Below, piece by piece: positions 20,214-30,620 of a DNA stretch of 64,000 nt (positions are counted from its first letter, which is position 1; the number at the start of each line of letters is the position of its first letter). Origin of the DNA: an uncultured Actinomycetota bacterium (lineage in GTDB: Bacteria > Actinomycetota > Geothermincolia > Geothermincolales > RBG-13-55-18); contig CAZEAU010000001.1 in assembly GCA_964510515.1 (NCBI GenBank), positions 100,503 to 164,502 of the forward strand, given 5' to 3'. The notes under the pieces are model-generated. The model made no database searches. It was not told where the DNA came from and saw nothing but the letters and a program-made list of their open reading frames with translations. A program made the position numbers and the translations under genes.

Positions 20214-20696
20214 GTGAGGGCGCTGCTGCAGCGCGTATCACGCTGCGCGGTGCGGGTGGGCGGGCGCGAGGTCTCGCGCATCGGGCCGGGCCTGCTGGTG
20301 CTCCTGGGGATAAGCGCGGCCGACGGCGAGGACGACGTCGACCTCATCGTGGGCAAGGTCATACACCTGCGCATCTTCGACGATGCCGCGGGAAAGCTGA
20401 ACCTCTCCCTCCGCGACGTCGGCGGCGAGCTGATGCTGGTCTCGCAGTTCACCCTCTACGGCGACGCGCGCCGGGGCCGGCGGCCCAGCTATACGAGGGC
20501 TGCCCCGCCGCAGAGGGCGCAGGAACTGTACCTGCTGGCATGCGAGAGGTTCGCCGCCGCCGGGTTCCCGCCGCAGAGAGGCGTTTTTCAGGCCCACATG
20601 GAGGTGGAGCTGGTCAACGATGGCCCGGTGAGCATACTGCTGGAAAGCGAGCGAGGCGCCTCCGGCCGGACCTCTCCCCCGGCGCGCGCCACCTGA
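20214..20696 (+). CDS. dtd: D-aminoacyl-tRNA deacylase Dtd
   Basis: MRALLQRVSRCAVRVGG...VSQFTLYGDARRGRRPSY with the SQFTL motif; usual relA-dtd neighbourhood. Confidence 0.9.
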   Translation: MRALLQRVSRCAVRVGGREVSRIGPGLLVLLGISAADGEDDVDLIVGKVIHLRIFDDAAGKLNLSLRDVGGELMLVSQFTLYGDARRGRRPSYTRAAPPQRAQELYLLACERFAAAGFPPQRGVFQAHMEVELVNDGPVSILLESERGASGRTSPPARAT

Positions 20697-20770
20697 CACA
20701 GATGCCCTTGCGCTAGGCGTTTTATGGCCAAGCACTCGATATTCGAGACCCGACCCCCTATACTTTACGC

Positions 20771-21421
20771 ATGTTCCTGGACGTTTTGAGCATCGGCATG
20801 CTGGCCACCAACTGCTATATCGTGGCCGCGAAGAGGCATGCGCCGGCGCTGGTGATAGATCCCGCCGGGGAGGTCAAGAGGATAATCTCCCGCCTGCGCG
20901 AGGCCGAGCTGGAGTGCACGGGCATACTCTGCACGCATGGCCACGCGGATCATGTGGCGGGCGCGGGCGCGCTCGGCGAGGCCCTTGATGTGCCCGTGCA
21001 TATACACGAGGCGGATGCCGCGGGCCTTGCCGGCCCTCGCGTCAAGCTCATGGGTCTGGCGGGAGGGGTGCTGGCCACGCGCGCCCGGCAGTTGCGCTAC
21101 CTGGAGGACGGGGAGCTCATAGAGGCCGGAGAGCTGAGCCTCGGGGCCCTGCACACCCCGGGGCACACCCCCGGCGGCATGAGCTTCTACACGCCGGGAT
21201 ATCTGTTCTGCGGAGACCTCATCTTCCAGGGCTCCATAGGCAGGACGGACCTGCGGGGCGGATCGCTGCAGGAGTTGCTGCGGGCGGTGAGGGAGAAGAT
21301 ATGGGATCTGCCCGGCGAGACCCGCGTCCTCCCCGGGCATGGCCCGCAGACCACCCTGGGGCGGGAGAGAAGAGAGAACCCCTTCCTGCGGGGGCTGGGC
21401 CCGCCCCGCCGCGGCGATTGA
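20771..21421 (+). CDS. MBL-fold metallo-hydrolase (glyoxalase II-like)
   Basis: CTHGHADHVAGAGAL motif (THxHxDH), 216 aa; TATACT -10-like hexamer ends about 6 nt before the ATG. Confidence 0.75.
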   Translation: MFLDVLSIGMLATNCYIVAAKRHAPALVIDPAGEVKRIISRLREAELECTGILCTHGHADHVAGAGALGEALDVPVHIHEADAAGLAGPRVKLMGLAGGVLATRARQLRYLEDGELIEAGELSLGALHTPGHTPGGMSFYTPGYLFCGDLIFQGSIGRTDLRGGSLQELLRAVREKIWDLPGETRVLPGHGPQTTLGRERRENPFLRGLGPPRRGD

Positions 21422-21525
21422 GGGGCGCGGGGAGGTCCGCGGGGTCGGCGTCGGCGCCGCGGGCGGGACGCGTGCGGGAGCAGGAGGCGGGCGAACAGGA
21501 CGAGGGAACGGAGCTGAGACGGCCA

Positions 21526-22785
21526 TTGGAGATCAAAGCCCCCCGGGGCACGGTGGATATACTGCCTCCACACAGCGATGACTGGCGGAGGGCGGCGGAG
21601 AGGGGCACGGCCCTTTTCCGCTCCTACGGCTACCGCGAGATAGTGCTCCCCATCATGGAGCACACGGAGCTCTTCGCGCGCGGCATCGGGCAGGGCACGG
21701 ACATCGTGCAGAAGGAGATGTTCACCTTCGAGGACAAGGGGGGGCGCAGCCTCACCCTGCGCCCCGAGGCCACGGCGGGGGTGGTGCGCGCCTTCAATCA
21801 GCATCGCCTCGCCGCCGCCGGGCTGCCGGTGAAGCTCTATTATCAGGGCCCCATGTTCCGGCACGAACGCCCGCAGGCGGGCCGCTATCGCCAGTTCAAC
21901 CAGCTGGGGGTGGAGCTCATCGGCTCCCCCTTTCCCGCCGCGGACGCGGAGGTGATCATGCTCTGCGCGCATTTCCTGAACGAGCTGGGCATAGCCGCAG
22001 ACCTGGTGGTGAACAGCGTGGGCGATGCCGAATGCCGCCCCGCCTATGTGGCGCAGCTGAGGGAATACCTTGAGGAGAGGCGGGAGAGCCTCTGCGCGGA
22101 TTGCCGCCGCCGGGCGGTGGAGAACCCGCTGCGGGTGCTGGATTGCAAGGCGGAGGGCTGCGCCGGGGTCATCGCCGCGGCGCCGCTCATCGAGGATTTC
22201 CTCTGCGCGCCCTGCCGCGAGCATCAGCGGGAGGTCGAGGGTCTGCTCGCCGCGGCAGCGCTGTCCTTCCGCCGCGAGGCCCGCCTGGTGCGGGGGCTGG
22301 ATTACTATACCAGAACGGTCTTCGAGTTCCAGGACCCGCGGCTGGGGGGACAGAATACCCTCGCCGCGGGGGGCAGGTATGACAACCTGGTGCAGGAACT
22401 GGGGGGCAAGCCCACGCCGGCGACCGGCTTCTCCATCGGCATGGAGAGGGTCATGCTCGCCGGGCCGCGTCTCGGCGAGCGCGAGGCGGGATGGGTATTC
22501 GTCGTGGCCATCGGGGACGAGGCGAGGGGCAAAGCGTTCGCCGCGGCGCAGGAATTAAGGGACGCGGGCATCGCCGCCGACCTCGATCATCTGCGCCGCA
22601 GCCCCAAGGCACAGATGCGCGAGGCGGACCGCGGCGGATGTTCCTTGAGCCTGATCATCGGCGGGGACGAGCTGGCGGGCGGGTACTACACCCTGCGCGA
22701 TATGCGCGCCGCGACGCAGGAGCGCGTGGAGGGGCCGCAACTGGTGGAGACGGTCAAGCGGCGCCTGGCGGAGCCCGGCGCCTGA
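21526..22785 (+). CDS. hisS: histidine--tRNA ligase HisS (TTG start at 21526 chosen over the upstream in-frame extension that overlaps the previous gene)
   Basis: IKAPRGTVDILPP N-terminal motif, class II motifs 1-3, C-terminal anticodon-binding domain. Confidence 0.88.
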   Translation: MEIKAPRGTVDILPPHSDDWRRAAERGTALFRSYGYREIVLPIMEHTELFARGIGQGTDIVQKEMFTFEDKGGRSLTLRPEATAGVVRAFNQHRLAAAGLPVKLYYQGPMFRHERPQAGRYRQFNQLGVELIGSPFPAADAEVIMLCAHFLNELGIAADLVVNSVGDAECRPAYVAQLREYLEERRESLCADCRRRAVENPLRVLDCKAEGCAGVIAAAPLIEDFLCAPCREHQREVEGLLAAAALSFRREARLVRGLDYYTRTVFEFQDPRLGGQNTLAAGGRYDNLVQELGGKPTPATGFSIGMERVMLAGPRLGEREAGWVFVVAIGDEARGKAFAAAQELRDAGIAADLDHLRRSPKAQMREADRGGCSLSLIIGGDELAGGYYTLRDMRAATQERVEGPQLVETVKRRLAEPGA

Positions 22786-22798
22786 GGATGGGGAGAAG

Positions 22799-24568
22799 AT
22801 GAAAGAGAGAGGATGGAGCAAGCGCACGCGGATGTGCGGTTCCCTGCGCGCCGCGGACGTGGGGAGCGAGGTAACCCTGAACGGATGGGTGCAGAGGCGG
22901 CGCGATCACGGCGGGGTCATCTTCATCGACCTGCGCGACGTGAGCGGCCTGGTGCAGGTGGTCTTCAACCCCGGGCTCGACCCCGGGGCTCACGCCGCCG
23001 CGGGGGAGGTGCGCGGGGAATACGTCCTCTCCTGCCGCGGCATGGTCAGGGCCCGCCCCGAGGAGTCGGTCAACCGCGTCCTTCCCACCGGGGAGGTCGA
23101 GGTCATGGCGGAGGAGATAACGGTGATCAGCGCGTCGCTCACCCCGCCCTTCGAGATCGAGGAGGGATCGGATGCGGGGGAGGGCCTTCGCCTGCGCTAC
23201 CGTTACCTCGACATCCGCCGCCCCGACCTGCGCGACGCCCTCATCCTGCGCAGCCGCGTCAGCGCCGAGGTGCGCGGCTTCCTGGCCTCACGCGGCTTCG
23301 TGGAGGTCGAGACGCCCATCCTCACCAAGAGCACCCCGGAGGGCGCGCGCGATTTCGTGGTGCCATCGCGCCTGCAGCCGGGCAGCTTCTATGCCCTGCC
23401 GCAGTCGCCTCAGCTTTTCAAGCAGTTGCTCATGGTGGCCGGCCTCGACCGCTATTATCAGATAGCGCGCTGCTTCCGCGATGAGGACATGCGCGCCGAC
23501 CGCCAGCTCGAGTTCACCCAGATCGACCTGGAGATGTCCTTCGTGGACTCGGGCGACGTCATCTCGCTCATGGACGAGATGTTCGCCCACGTCTTCGCGC
23601 GTACGCTGGGCGTGGAAGTGGCGCTCCCCATACCCCGCATGACCTGGCATCAGGCCATGGAGCGCTACGGCAGCGACCGCCCGGACACGCGCTTCGGCAT
23701 GGAGCTGCAGGACCTTTCCGGCATCTTTTCGCACAGCGATTTCAAGGTCTTCCGCGCCGCCCTGGAGGGAGGCGGCGGGGTGCGGGGCTTCAGGGTGGAC
23801 GGGCTCGTCTCCCCGCCGCGGCGCGAGCTCGACGGCCTGGTGGAGGAGGCGCAGCGGCTGGGCGCCTCCGGGCTGGTGTGGCTGGTGCGCGAGGGCGAGG
23901 CGCTGAAGTCGCCGGTGGCGAAGTTCCTCTCCCCGCAGGAGACGAGCGCGCTCATCGCCGGGACCGGCCTGGCGGAGGGCGAGGTGGCGGTGCTGGCTGC
24001 AGGCGGCGCGGAGACGAGCGCCGTGCTCTGCGGCATCAGGGACTATTGCGTGCGCCGTTTCTCCCCGCCGCCGCGGGAGAGGTTCTCCTTCGCCTGGATA
24101 ACGGACTTTCCGCTCTTCGACTGGGACGAGGAAGAGAAGAGGTATAAGAGCAACCACCATCCCTTCACCGCGCCTTCGCGGAGATGCCTCGACCACCTCG
24201 AGGAGCGCCCCCTGGAGGTCGTCTCCGACTCCTACGACATGGTGCTCAACGGCGTCGAGTTGGGGGGAGGGAGCATAAGGATACACCGCGCCGATCTGCA
24301 GGAACGTATATTCCGCCTCCTGGGGCTGGGGCGGGAGGAGGTGGAGGACAAGTTCGGTTTTCTGCTGGAGGCGCTGCGCTACGGCCCGCCCCCTCACGGC
24401 GGCATCGCCTACGGCCTGGACCGCATGGTCATGCTCATGGCGGGAAGGGAATCCATAAGGGACGTTATCGCCTTTCCCAAGACGCAATCGGGCGCGGACA
24501 TCATGAGCGGCGCGCCCGGCAGCGTGTATGCGCAGCAGCTCAGGGAGCTGCGCCTGCGCCCGCTCTAG
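22799..24568 (+). CDS. aspS: aspartate--tRNA ligase AspS
   Basis: OB anticodon-binding N-domain, class IIb catalytic core (FYALPQSPQLFKQLLM...QIARCFRDEDMRADRQLEFTQIDLEMSF), GAD insertion; 589 aa. Confidence 0.95.
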   Translation: MKERGWSKRTRMCGSLRAADVGSEVTLNGWVQRRRDHGGVIFIDLRDVSGLVQVVFNPGLDPGAHAAAGEVRGEYVLSCRGMVRARPEESVNRVLPTGEVEVMAEEITVISASLTPPFEIEEGSDAGEGLRLRYRYLDIRRPDLRDALILRSRVSAEVRGFLASRGFVEVETPILTKSTPEGARDFVVPSRLQPGSFYALPQSPQLFKQLLMVAGLDRYYQIARCFRDEDMRADRQLEFTQIDLEMSFVDSGDVISLMDEMFAHVFARTLGVEVALPIPRMTWHQAMERYGSDRPDTRFGMELQDLSGIFSHSDFKVFRAALEGGGGVRGFRVDGLVSPPRRELDGLVEEAQRLGASGLVWLVREGEALKSPVAKFLSPQETSALIAGTGLAEGEVAVLAAGGAETSAVLCGIRDYCVRRFSPPPRERFSFAWITDFPLFDWDEEEKRYKSNHHPFTAPSRRCLDHLEERPLEVVSDSYDMVLNGVELGGGSIRIHRADLQERIFRLLGLGREEVEDKFGFLLEALRYGPPPHGGIAYGLDRMVMLMAGRESIRDVIAFPKTQSGADIMSGAPGSVYAQQLRELRLRPL

Positions 24569-24664
24569 GCCGCCGCGCGGAGGGAGCGCGCCCGCCGCCC
24601 CGTGGCGGTATAATGTCTGTGGGCCGCCGGTGAGAGGGTGCGGGCACGGCGAGAGCGGGAGACG

Positions 24665-25567
24665 ATGGAGATAACCGTAGCCAGATACGTGGGCTTCTGT
24701 CCCGGGGTCAAGCGGGCCATCAGGATGGCCGAGGAGACCCTGCAGGATTTCCAGGGCCGGGTGTACACGCTGGGGCCCATCATCCACAACCCCGGGGTGG
24801 TCGGGGACCTGAGGAGCCGGGGGCTGGAGATACTCCCCGACGACGTGGGCGCGCTGCAGGGCTGTGACCTGGCCGCCAGCAAGGTGGTCATCAGGTCGCA
24901 CGGCATCTCCCCCTCGCTCACCGAGTCCCTGCTGGAGAAGGGCGCCGACCTGGTGGATGCCACCTGTCCCACGGTGAAGAAGGCCCAGCGGGCGGCCATG
25001 CGCCTGGTGGGGGAGGGCTACAAGCTCTTCATCATCGGGAACCTCGACCATCCGGAGGTGAAGGCCATCCTCGGCCACATCAACGGCGAGGCGGTGGTGA
25101 TCAAGGAGACCAGTGAGCTCAAGGAGTGGTGGGAGAACAACTTCCGCGAGGTGCGCAAGGTTGGGCTCATCGCGCAGACCACGGTGGACCTGCTCATGTT
25201 CCGCAGCCTGGTCGACGGGCTCATCAACGAGGTCCCGGAGCTGATCCGCGAGGTGCTGGAGCTCAAGATCATCAATACCCTGTGCCGCAATACCCTTGCG
25301 CGCCAGGCGGAGGCCCTGCAGCTGGCGCTGGCATCAGACCTGGTGGTGGTGGTGGGGGGGAGGAACAGCTCCAACACCGAGTTCCTGCGTAAGATCTGCG
25401 AGGCTGCCGGGACAGCCACGACGAAGATCGAGAACGCAGGCGAGCTCGACATCTCCCTCCTGGCCGGAGTGGAGAAGTTGGCCATCCTGGGGGGGGCCTC
25501 CACCCCGGGGTCCGTCGTGGGCGCCGTCAAGGACAGGATAGAGAGCTGGATTTCCCGCGCTCCATAA
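24665..25567 (+). CDS. ispH: 4-hydroxy-3-methylbut-2-enyl diphosphate reductase IspH
   Basis: GFCPGVKRAI, TCPTVKK and LCRNT cysteine motifs of IspH; alternative in-frame start at 24638. Confidence 0.9.
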   Translation: MEITVARYVGFCPGVKRAIRMAEETLQDFQGRVYTLGPIIHNPGVVGDLRSRGLEILPDDVGALQGCDLAASKVVIRSHGISPSLTESLLEKGADLVDATCPTVKKAQRAAMRLVGEGYKLFIIGNLDHPEVKAILGHINGEAVVIKETSELKEWWENNFREVRKVGLIAQTTVDLLMFRSLVDGLINEVPELIREVLELKIINTLCRNTLARQAEALQLALASDLVVVVGGRNSSNTEFLRKICEAAGTATTKIENAGELDISLLAGVEKLAILGGASTPGSVVGAVKDRIESWISRAP

Positions 25568-25592
25568 ACACTTTTCGACACCCCGTAAAATA

Positions 25593-25622
25593 TTTACATC
25601 CTCCCCCCCGATTAGATATAAT
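25593..25622 (+). promoter_or_regulatory. candidate sigma70 promoter for acs (TTTACA-18 nt-TATAAT)
   Basis: AT-rich island in a GC-rich gap about 100 nt upstream of the acs ATG (25722); hexamers read directly. Confidence 0.35.
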
Positions 25623-25721
25623 CCTTCGCTGGATGGCACAAAGCGCACAGCACCTTGACCGGGAGGGGGGCCGGCGAAGTCACCCTTTTTCACCAAAGAC
25701 GCTTATGATAGGAGGCGGCAG

Positions 25722-27707
25722 ATGACGCAGCATGGTGCCGCGGGCGCCGACGGGAGGGAAATCATCTATCCACCCGAGGAACTGAGCAAGAACGCCTACA
25801 TCAAGAGCATGGACCAGTACCGGGAGATGCATCGGCGCTCTCTCGAGGACATAGACGGCTTCTGGTCGGAGATGGCCGAGACCTTGGACTGGCAGAAGAA
25901 ATGGGACGGCGTTTACAGCTGGGACGAGAAGGGGTGCCGGTGCACCTGGTTTGAAGGCGGCAGGCTCAACGTCTCCTTCAACTGCCTGGACCGCCACGTC
26001 AACGCCGGCAGGGCGGACCGCACGGCCATCATCTGGGAGCCCGACGAGCCCGGGGAGAGCAGGACTTATACCTACGGGGAGCTGCTTGACCAGGTATGCA
26101 GGTTCGCCAACGCGCTCAAGAAGCACGGGGTCAGGAAAGGCGACCGCGTGTGCATCTACCTGCCCATGATACCGGAGCTCCCGATCGCCATGCTGGCCTG
26201 CACGCGCATCGGCGCCGTGCACAGCGTGGTCTTCGGCGGCTTCTTATCCGATGCCCTGCGCGACCGCATCCTGGACAGCGACTGCGGAACCCTGGTCTGC
26301 GCCGATTCCGGTTATCGCAGCGGCAAGACGGTGCCCTCGAAAAAATACGCGGACGTCTCGCTGGAGGAATGCCCGGGCGTAACCGACGTGTTCGTGGTCA
26401 GGCACAGCGGGGCGGAAGTGAACATGGTCGAGGGGCGGGATTACTGGTGGCACGAGGAGCTGGCGGCGCCGGACGTCGCGGGAGGGTGTCCCGCGGAGGA
26501 GATGGACGCCGAGGACCCGCTCTTCATCCTCTACACCAGCGGCAGCACCGGCAAGCCCAAGGGCGTGCTGCACAGCACGGCGGGATACCTGCTGCACACC
26601 TCCCTCTCCCTGAAATGGATCTTCGATATCCATGACGACGACATCTGGTGGTGTACAGCCGACATCGGCTGGGTTACCGGGCACAGCTACATCGTCTATG
26701 CCCCGCTGGCCAACTGCTTCACCCAGGTCATGTTCGAGGGCGTGCCCACCTATCCGCAGCCCGATCGTTTCTGGAAGGTGGTGGAGAAGCACAAGGTGAC
26801 CGTCTTCTACACCGCGCCCACGGTTATCCGCTCCCTCATACGGGAGGGCGAGGAATGGACGAAGACCGCCGACCTCTCCACCCTGCGCGTCCTGGGGACG
26901 GTGGGCGAGCCCATAAACCCCGAGGTGTGGTTGTGGTACTACGATCATATCGGAGGAGGCCGCTGCCCCGTCCTGGATACCTGGTGGCAGACGGAGACCG
27001 GCGCCATCCTCATCAGCCCCCTGGCGGGGGCCACGCCCATGAAGCCCGGCTCGGCGAGCTTCCCCTTCCTCGGGGTCGACCCCGTCATCCTCAATCAGGA
27101 CGGCAAGGAGGAAGCCGCCGGCGACAGCGGCTTTCTGTGCATCCGCAGGCCCTGGCCGGGCATGATGCGTACCGTTTACGGCAACCACGAGCTCTTCGTC
27201 AACACCTACTGGTCCATGTTCCCGGGCTATTACGTGACCGGGGACGGCTGCCGCAGGGACGCCGGGGGGTTCTATTGGCTGCAGGGCCGCATCGACGACG
27301 TCATCAACGTCTCCGGGCACCGCATCGGCACCGCCGAGGTGGAGAGCGCGCTGGTGAGCCACGATTACGTCTCCGAGGCGGCGGTGGTGGGCATGCCCCA
27401 CGACATCAAGGGACAGGGCATCTATGCCTATGTCACCCTCAAGGCGGAGTTCGAGGACCTGGACCAGGATGAACTGCGCAAGATGCTGGTGGCGCACGCT
27501 CGCAAGGAGATCGGACCCATAGCGACACCGGACGTCATCCACTTCACCCCCGCACTGCCCAAGACGCGCAGCGGTAAGATCGTGCGCCGCATCCTGCGCA
27601 AGATAGCGGAGGGGACCCCGGATACCCTTGGCGACACCAGCACCCTCGCCGACCCCTCCGTGGTCTTCTCCCTCATCGAGGGAGACCGGGCACTGAGGGG
27701 TAAATAA
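25722..27707 (+). CDS. acs: acetyl-CoA synthetase (AMP-forming) Acs
   Basis: YTSGSTGKPKGV AMP-binding motif, full-length Acs similarity, conserved C-terminal acetylatable lysine region (PKTRSGKIVRR). Confidence 0.95.
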   Translation: MTQHGAAGADGREIIYPPEELSKNAYIKSMDQYREMHRRSLEDIDGFWSEMAETLDWQKKWDGVYSWDEKGCRCTWFEGGRLNVSFNCLDRHVNAGRADRTAIIWEPDEPGESRTYTYGELLDQVCRFANALKKHGVRKGDRVCIYLPMIPELPIAMLACTRIGAVHSVVFGGFLSDALRDRILDSDCGTLVCADSGYRSGKTVPSKKYADVSLEECPGVTDVFVVRHSGAEVNMVEGRDYWWHEELAAPDVAGGCPAEEMDAEDPLFILYTSGSTGKPKGVLHSTAGYLLHTSLSLKWIFDIHDDDIWWCTADIGWVTGHSYIVYAPLANCFTQVMFEGVPTYPQPDRFWKVVEKHKVTVFYTAPTVIRSLIREGEEWTKTADLSTLRVLGTVGEPINPEVWLWYYDHIGGGRCPVLDTWWQTETGAILISPLAGATPMKPGSASFPFLGVDPVILNQDGKEEAAGDSGFLCIRRPWPGMMRTVYGNHELFVNTYWSMFPGYYVTGDGCRRDAGGFYWLQGRIDDVINVSGHRIGTAEVESALVSHDYVSEAAVVGMPHDIKGQGIYAYVTLKAEFEDLDQDELRKMLVAHARKEIGPIATPDVIHFTPALPKTRSGKIVRRILRKIAEGTPDTLGDTSTLADPSVVFSLIEGDRALRGK

Positions 27708-27778
27708 AAGCGCACGCCGCGTCGGTGGCGAAAGAGTCATGGCAGGACAGGGAGAAAAAAGGAGAGTGAGAGTAAAAG

Positions 27779-28384
27779 ATGGCTGATGACGTCAAGTTGG
27801 CTAATCCGGCGGTCCTGGGGCTTACCTGCTTCGGCATGACCACCGTCTTGTTGAACCTGCATAACGCGGGCCTCTTCAAGATGGACATGAGCATCCTGGC
27901 GATGGGGCTCTTTCTGGGGGGCGCCGCCCAGATAATCGCGGGCGCCATGGAGTTCAAGAAGGGCAACAGCTTCGGGCTGGTGGCCTTCAGCGCCTACGGG
28001 GCATTCTGGCTCACCCTGGTCTTCATCCTCATAGGGGGCCCGTATCTGATGGCGGAAGGAGCGCCGCTCGCATCCGGCCTGGAGGCCAGCTATCGGGGCA
28101 TGGGCTGGTACCTGTTCATCTGGGGGGTTTTCAGCTGCTTCATGTTCATCGGCACCTTCAAGGCCAACCGCGTCCTGCAGGCCATATTCGCCACGCTCAT
28201 CGTGCTCTTCTTCCTCCTGGCCATATTCTACGGCTGGGGGGCGACCTCCGCTGGGCTCCTCAAGGTCGCCGGCATCATCGGCATCGTGTGCGGCTCTCTT
28301 GCCATTTATCTGGCCATGGCCGAGCTGCTGAACGAGATGTATGGGCGGACCATATTCCCCATCGGGCCCATGAGCGGGAAGTAG
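27779..28384 (+). CDS. satP: GPR1/FUN34/YaaH-family acetate/succinate-proton symporter SatP
   Basis: NPAVLGLTCFGMTT N-terminal signature and 6 TM helices. Confidence 0.85.
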   Translation: MADDVKLANPAVLGLTCFGMTTVLLNLHNAGLFKMDMSILAMGLFLGGAAQIIAGAMEFKKGNSFGLVAFSAYGAFWLTLVFILIGGPYLMAEGAPLASGLEASYRGMGWYLFIWGVFSCFMFIGTFKANRVLQAIFATLIVLFFLLAIFYGWGATSAGLLKVAGIIGIVCGSLAIYLAMAELLNEMYGRTIFPIGPMSGK

Positions 28385-28730
28385 CCGCGCAAGGGGCAGA
28401 AGGGGTCGCGGCCGCGGCGGGGAGGCAAACGCGGCGATGAGAGGCCGAGGCGGCCGGGCGAGAGATCGTCCCGGCCGCTTTTTCTCGCCCGCGAACTGGA
28501 GCGGCGGGGGCCAGGCATCCCTTCCCGCATGGTCGCCGGCTCGGGGAGAGCGGGGGCGGGGAGATGAGGGCCGCGGGCGGCGGGAAGGCCGCGCGCCGCC
28601 CGCTTTGAAAGCGGCGGGGATTAGGGGCATACTGAAAGGGGTTAGCGAGCGGGCGGCGCGGGGACCTCGCCCGCACAAGCTTCCTTCGGCGCGAGAGGAT
28701 CGGAAGATGAGAAGGAGGGAGGGAGCAGGC

Positions 28731-30620
28731 ATGGAGGGAGCCCGGACTATAGGAGACGATCTCAAGCAGCGCTATCCGGAGAAATTCGCGGCGGAGAAAA
28801 GGGTCTTCGCGAGGATTCGCCGCGGGGCGCATCTCTTTGTCGGCACCGGCTGCGGCGAGCCCCAGCAGCTGGTCGCCTCCCTCGCGGATTACGCCGCGGC
28901 CCACCCCAAGGCGGTTTTCGACGCCGAGGTCTTCCATGTGTGGAGCCTGGGGGTCGCCCCCTACGCCGACGAGAAACTGCAGCAGAACTTCCGCCACAAC
29001 TCCTTCTTCATCGGGGAGACCACCAGGGCGGCCGTGAACGAGGGCCTCGCGGATTACACCCCCATTTTTCTCTCCGAGGTGCCGGACCTTTTCCGCCGGG
29101 AGTTCATCCCCATCGACGTGGCGCTGGTGCAGACCTCGCCTCCGGATCGCAATGGCTACATGAGCCTCGGGGTCAGCGTGGACATCACCAAGGCGGCGGT
29201 GGAGAAAGCGTCGCTCGTCATCTGCCAGGTGAATTCTTTCATGCCGCGCGTCCACGGCGACACCTTCGTGCACGCGGACGACGTGGATTACATCCTCTGT
29301 TGCAATGAGCCGCTCCTGGAGTACAGCCCCACCATCTCCGACGAACTCGCGGAGCGCATCGGCAAGCACGTCGCCCACCTCATCGAGGACGGCGACACCA
29401 TACAGGTCGGGTACGGGAGCATACCCAACGCCATCCTCGCCAACCTGGAGGGCAGGAAGCATTTGGGCGTGCATACCGAGCTCCTCAGCGACGGCATCGT
29501 CAACCTCATCAAGAAGGGCGTGATCGACAACACCCTGAAGACCCTGGACCGCGGAAAGACGGTGGCTACCTTCTGCATGGGGTCCAAGGAGACCTACGAT
29601 TTCCTGGACGACAACCCGTGCATCGAGTTCAGGACCATAGACTACACCAACAACCCCCTCAACATCGCCCGGCAGAGGGGGATGACGGCCATCAACAGCG
29701 CGCTGGAGATCGACCTCACGGGGCAGGCCTCGGCGGAGTCTTTGGGCAAGATCTTCTACAGCGGCATCGGCGGGCAGGCGGACTTCATGCGCGGCGCGGT
29801 CCTCGCTCCCGGGGGGATGAGCATACTGGCGCTCCCCTCCACCGCCGAGCAGGGCAAGGTCTCCAGGATAATCCCCATGCTCAGGGAGGGGGCGGGCGTA
29901 ACCCTGAGCCGCGGCGACGCCCATTACGTGGTCACCGAGTTCGGCATCGCCTACCTCCACGGCAAGAACGTGCGCGAGAGGGCCATGGAGCTCATCGCCA
30001 TCGCGCACCCCGATTTCCGTCCCTGGCTCATCGACGAGGCCAAGCGCAACAATATCATCTACCGCGACCAGGCCTTCATACCCGGCAAGGAGGGGGAATA
30101 CCCGGCGGAGCTGGAGACCTACCGCACCACCAAGAGGGAGATCGAGATCATGCTCAGGCCGGTGAGGATAAGCGACGAGCCCCTGCTCAAGGACTTCTTC
30201 TACTCCCTTTCCGACAAGAGCCTCTACCGCCGTTTCGTCTCCACGCGCCAGGACATGCCCCACGACCGCCTGCAGGAGTTCGTGGTCATCGACTACACCA
30301 AGGAGATGGTCATCCTGGCCATGCTCGTGGGGGAGGAGGGGGAGGGACTGGCGGGGGTGGGCCAGTACAGCATCAATGCGGGCACCCACCATGCCGAGGT
30401 GGCCTTCGTGGTCAGGGACGAGTATCAGAACCTGGGCATCGGCACCTCCCTGCTGGCATACCTGGCGCAGCTGGCGAGGAGGCAGGGCCTGCACGGTTTC
30501 ACCGCGGAGGTGCTCTCCGAGAACGTGCCCATGATGCGCATGTTCGAGCAGGCGGGGTTCGATATCGAGAGGTCGGTCTCCTCGGGGGTGTGCGAGCTGG
30601 TCATGGGCTTCAGGGATTAG
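28731..30620 (+). CDS. fusion protein: acetyl-CoA hydrolase/CoA-transferase family domain (N) plus Pat-like GNAT acetyltransferase domain (C)
   Basis: C-terminal AcetylCoA_hyd_C-type region (IGGQADFMRGAVLAPGGMSILALPSTAEQGKVSRIIP...VVTEFGIAYLHGKNVRERAMELIAIAHPDFRPWL); last about 150 aa resemble the Salmonella Pat GNAT domain; ATG at 28731 after GAAGGAGGG. Confidence 0.75.
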   Translation: MEGARTIGDDLKQRYPEKFAAEKRVFARIRRGAHLFVGTGCGEPQQLVASLADYAAAHPKAVFDAEVFHVWSLGVAPYADEKLQQNFRHNSFFIGETTRAAVNEGLADYTPIFLSEVPDLFRREFIPIDVALVQTSPPDRNGYMSLGVSVDITKAAVEKASLVICQVNSFMPRVHGDTFVHADDVDYILCCNEPLLEYSPTISDELAERIGKHVAHLIEDGDTIQVGYGSIPNAILANLEGRKHLGVHTELLSDGIVNLIKKGVIDNTLKTLDRGKTVATFCMGSKETYDFLDDNPCIEFRTIDYTNNPLNIARQRGMTAINSALEIDLTGQASAESLGKIFYSGIGGQADFMRGAVLAPGGMSILALPSTAEQGKVSRIIPMLREGAGVTLSRGDAHYVVTEFGIAYLHGKNVRERAMELIAIAHPDFRPWLIDEAKRNNIIYRDQAFIPGKEGEYPAELETYRTTKREIEIMLRPVRISDEPLLKDFFYSLSDKSLYRRFVSTRQDMPHDRLQEFVVIDYTKEMVILAMLVGEEGEGLAGVGQYSINAGTHHAEVAFVVRDEYQNLGIGTSLLAYLAQLARRQGLHGFTAEVLSENVPMMRMFEQAGFDIERSVSSGVCELVMGFRD

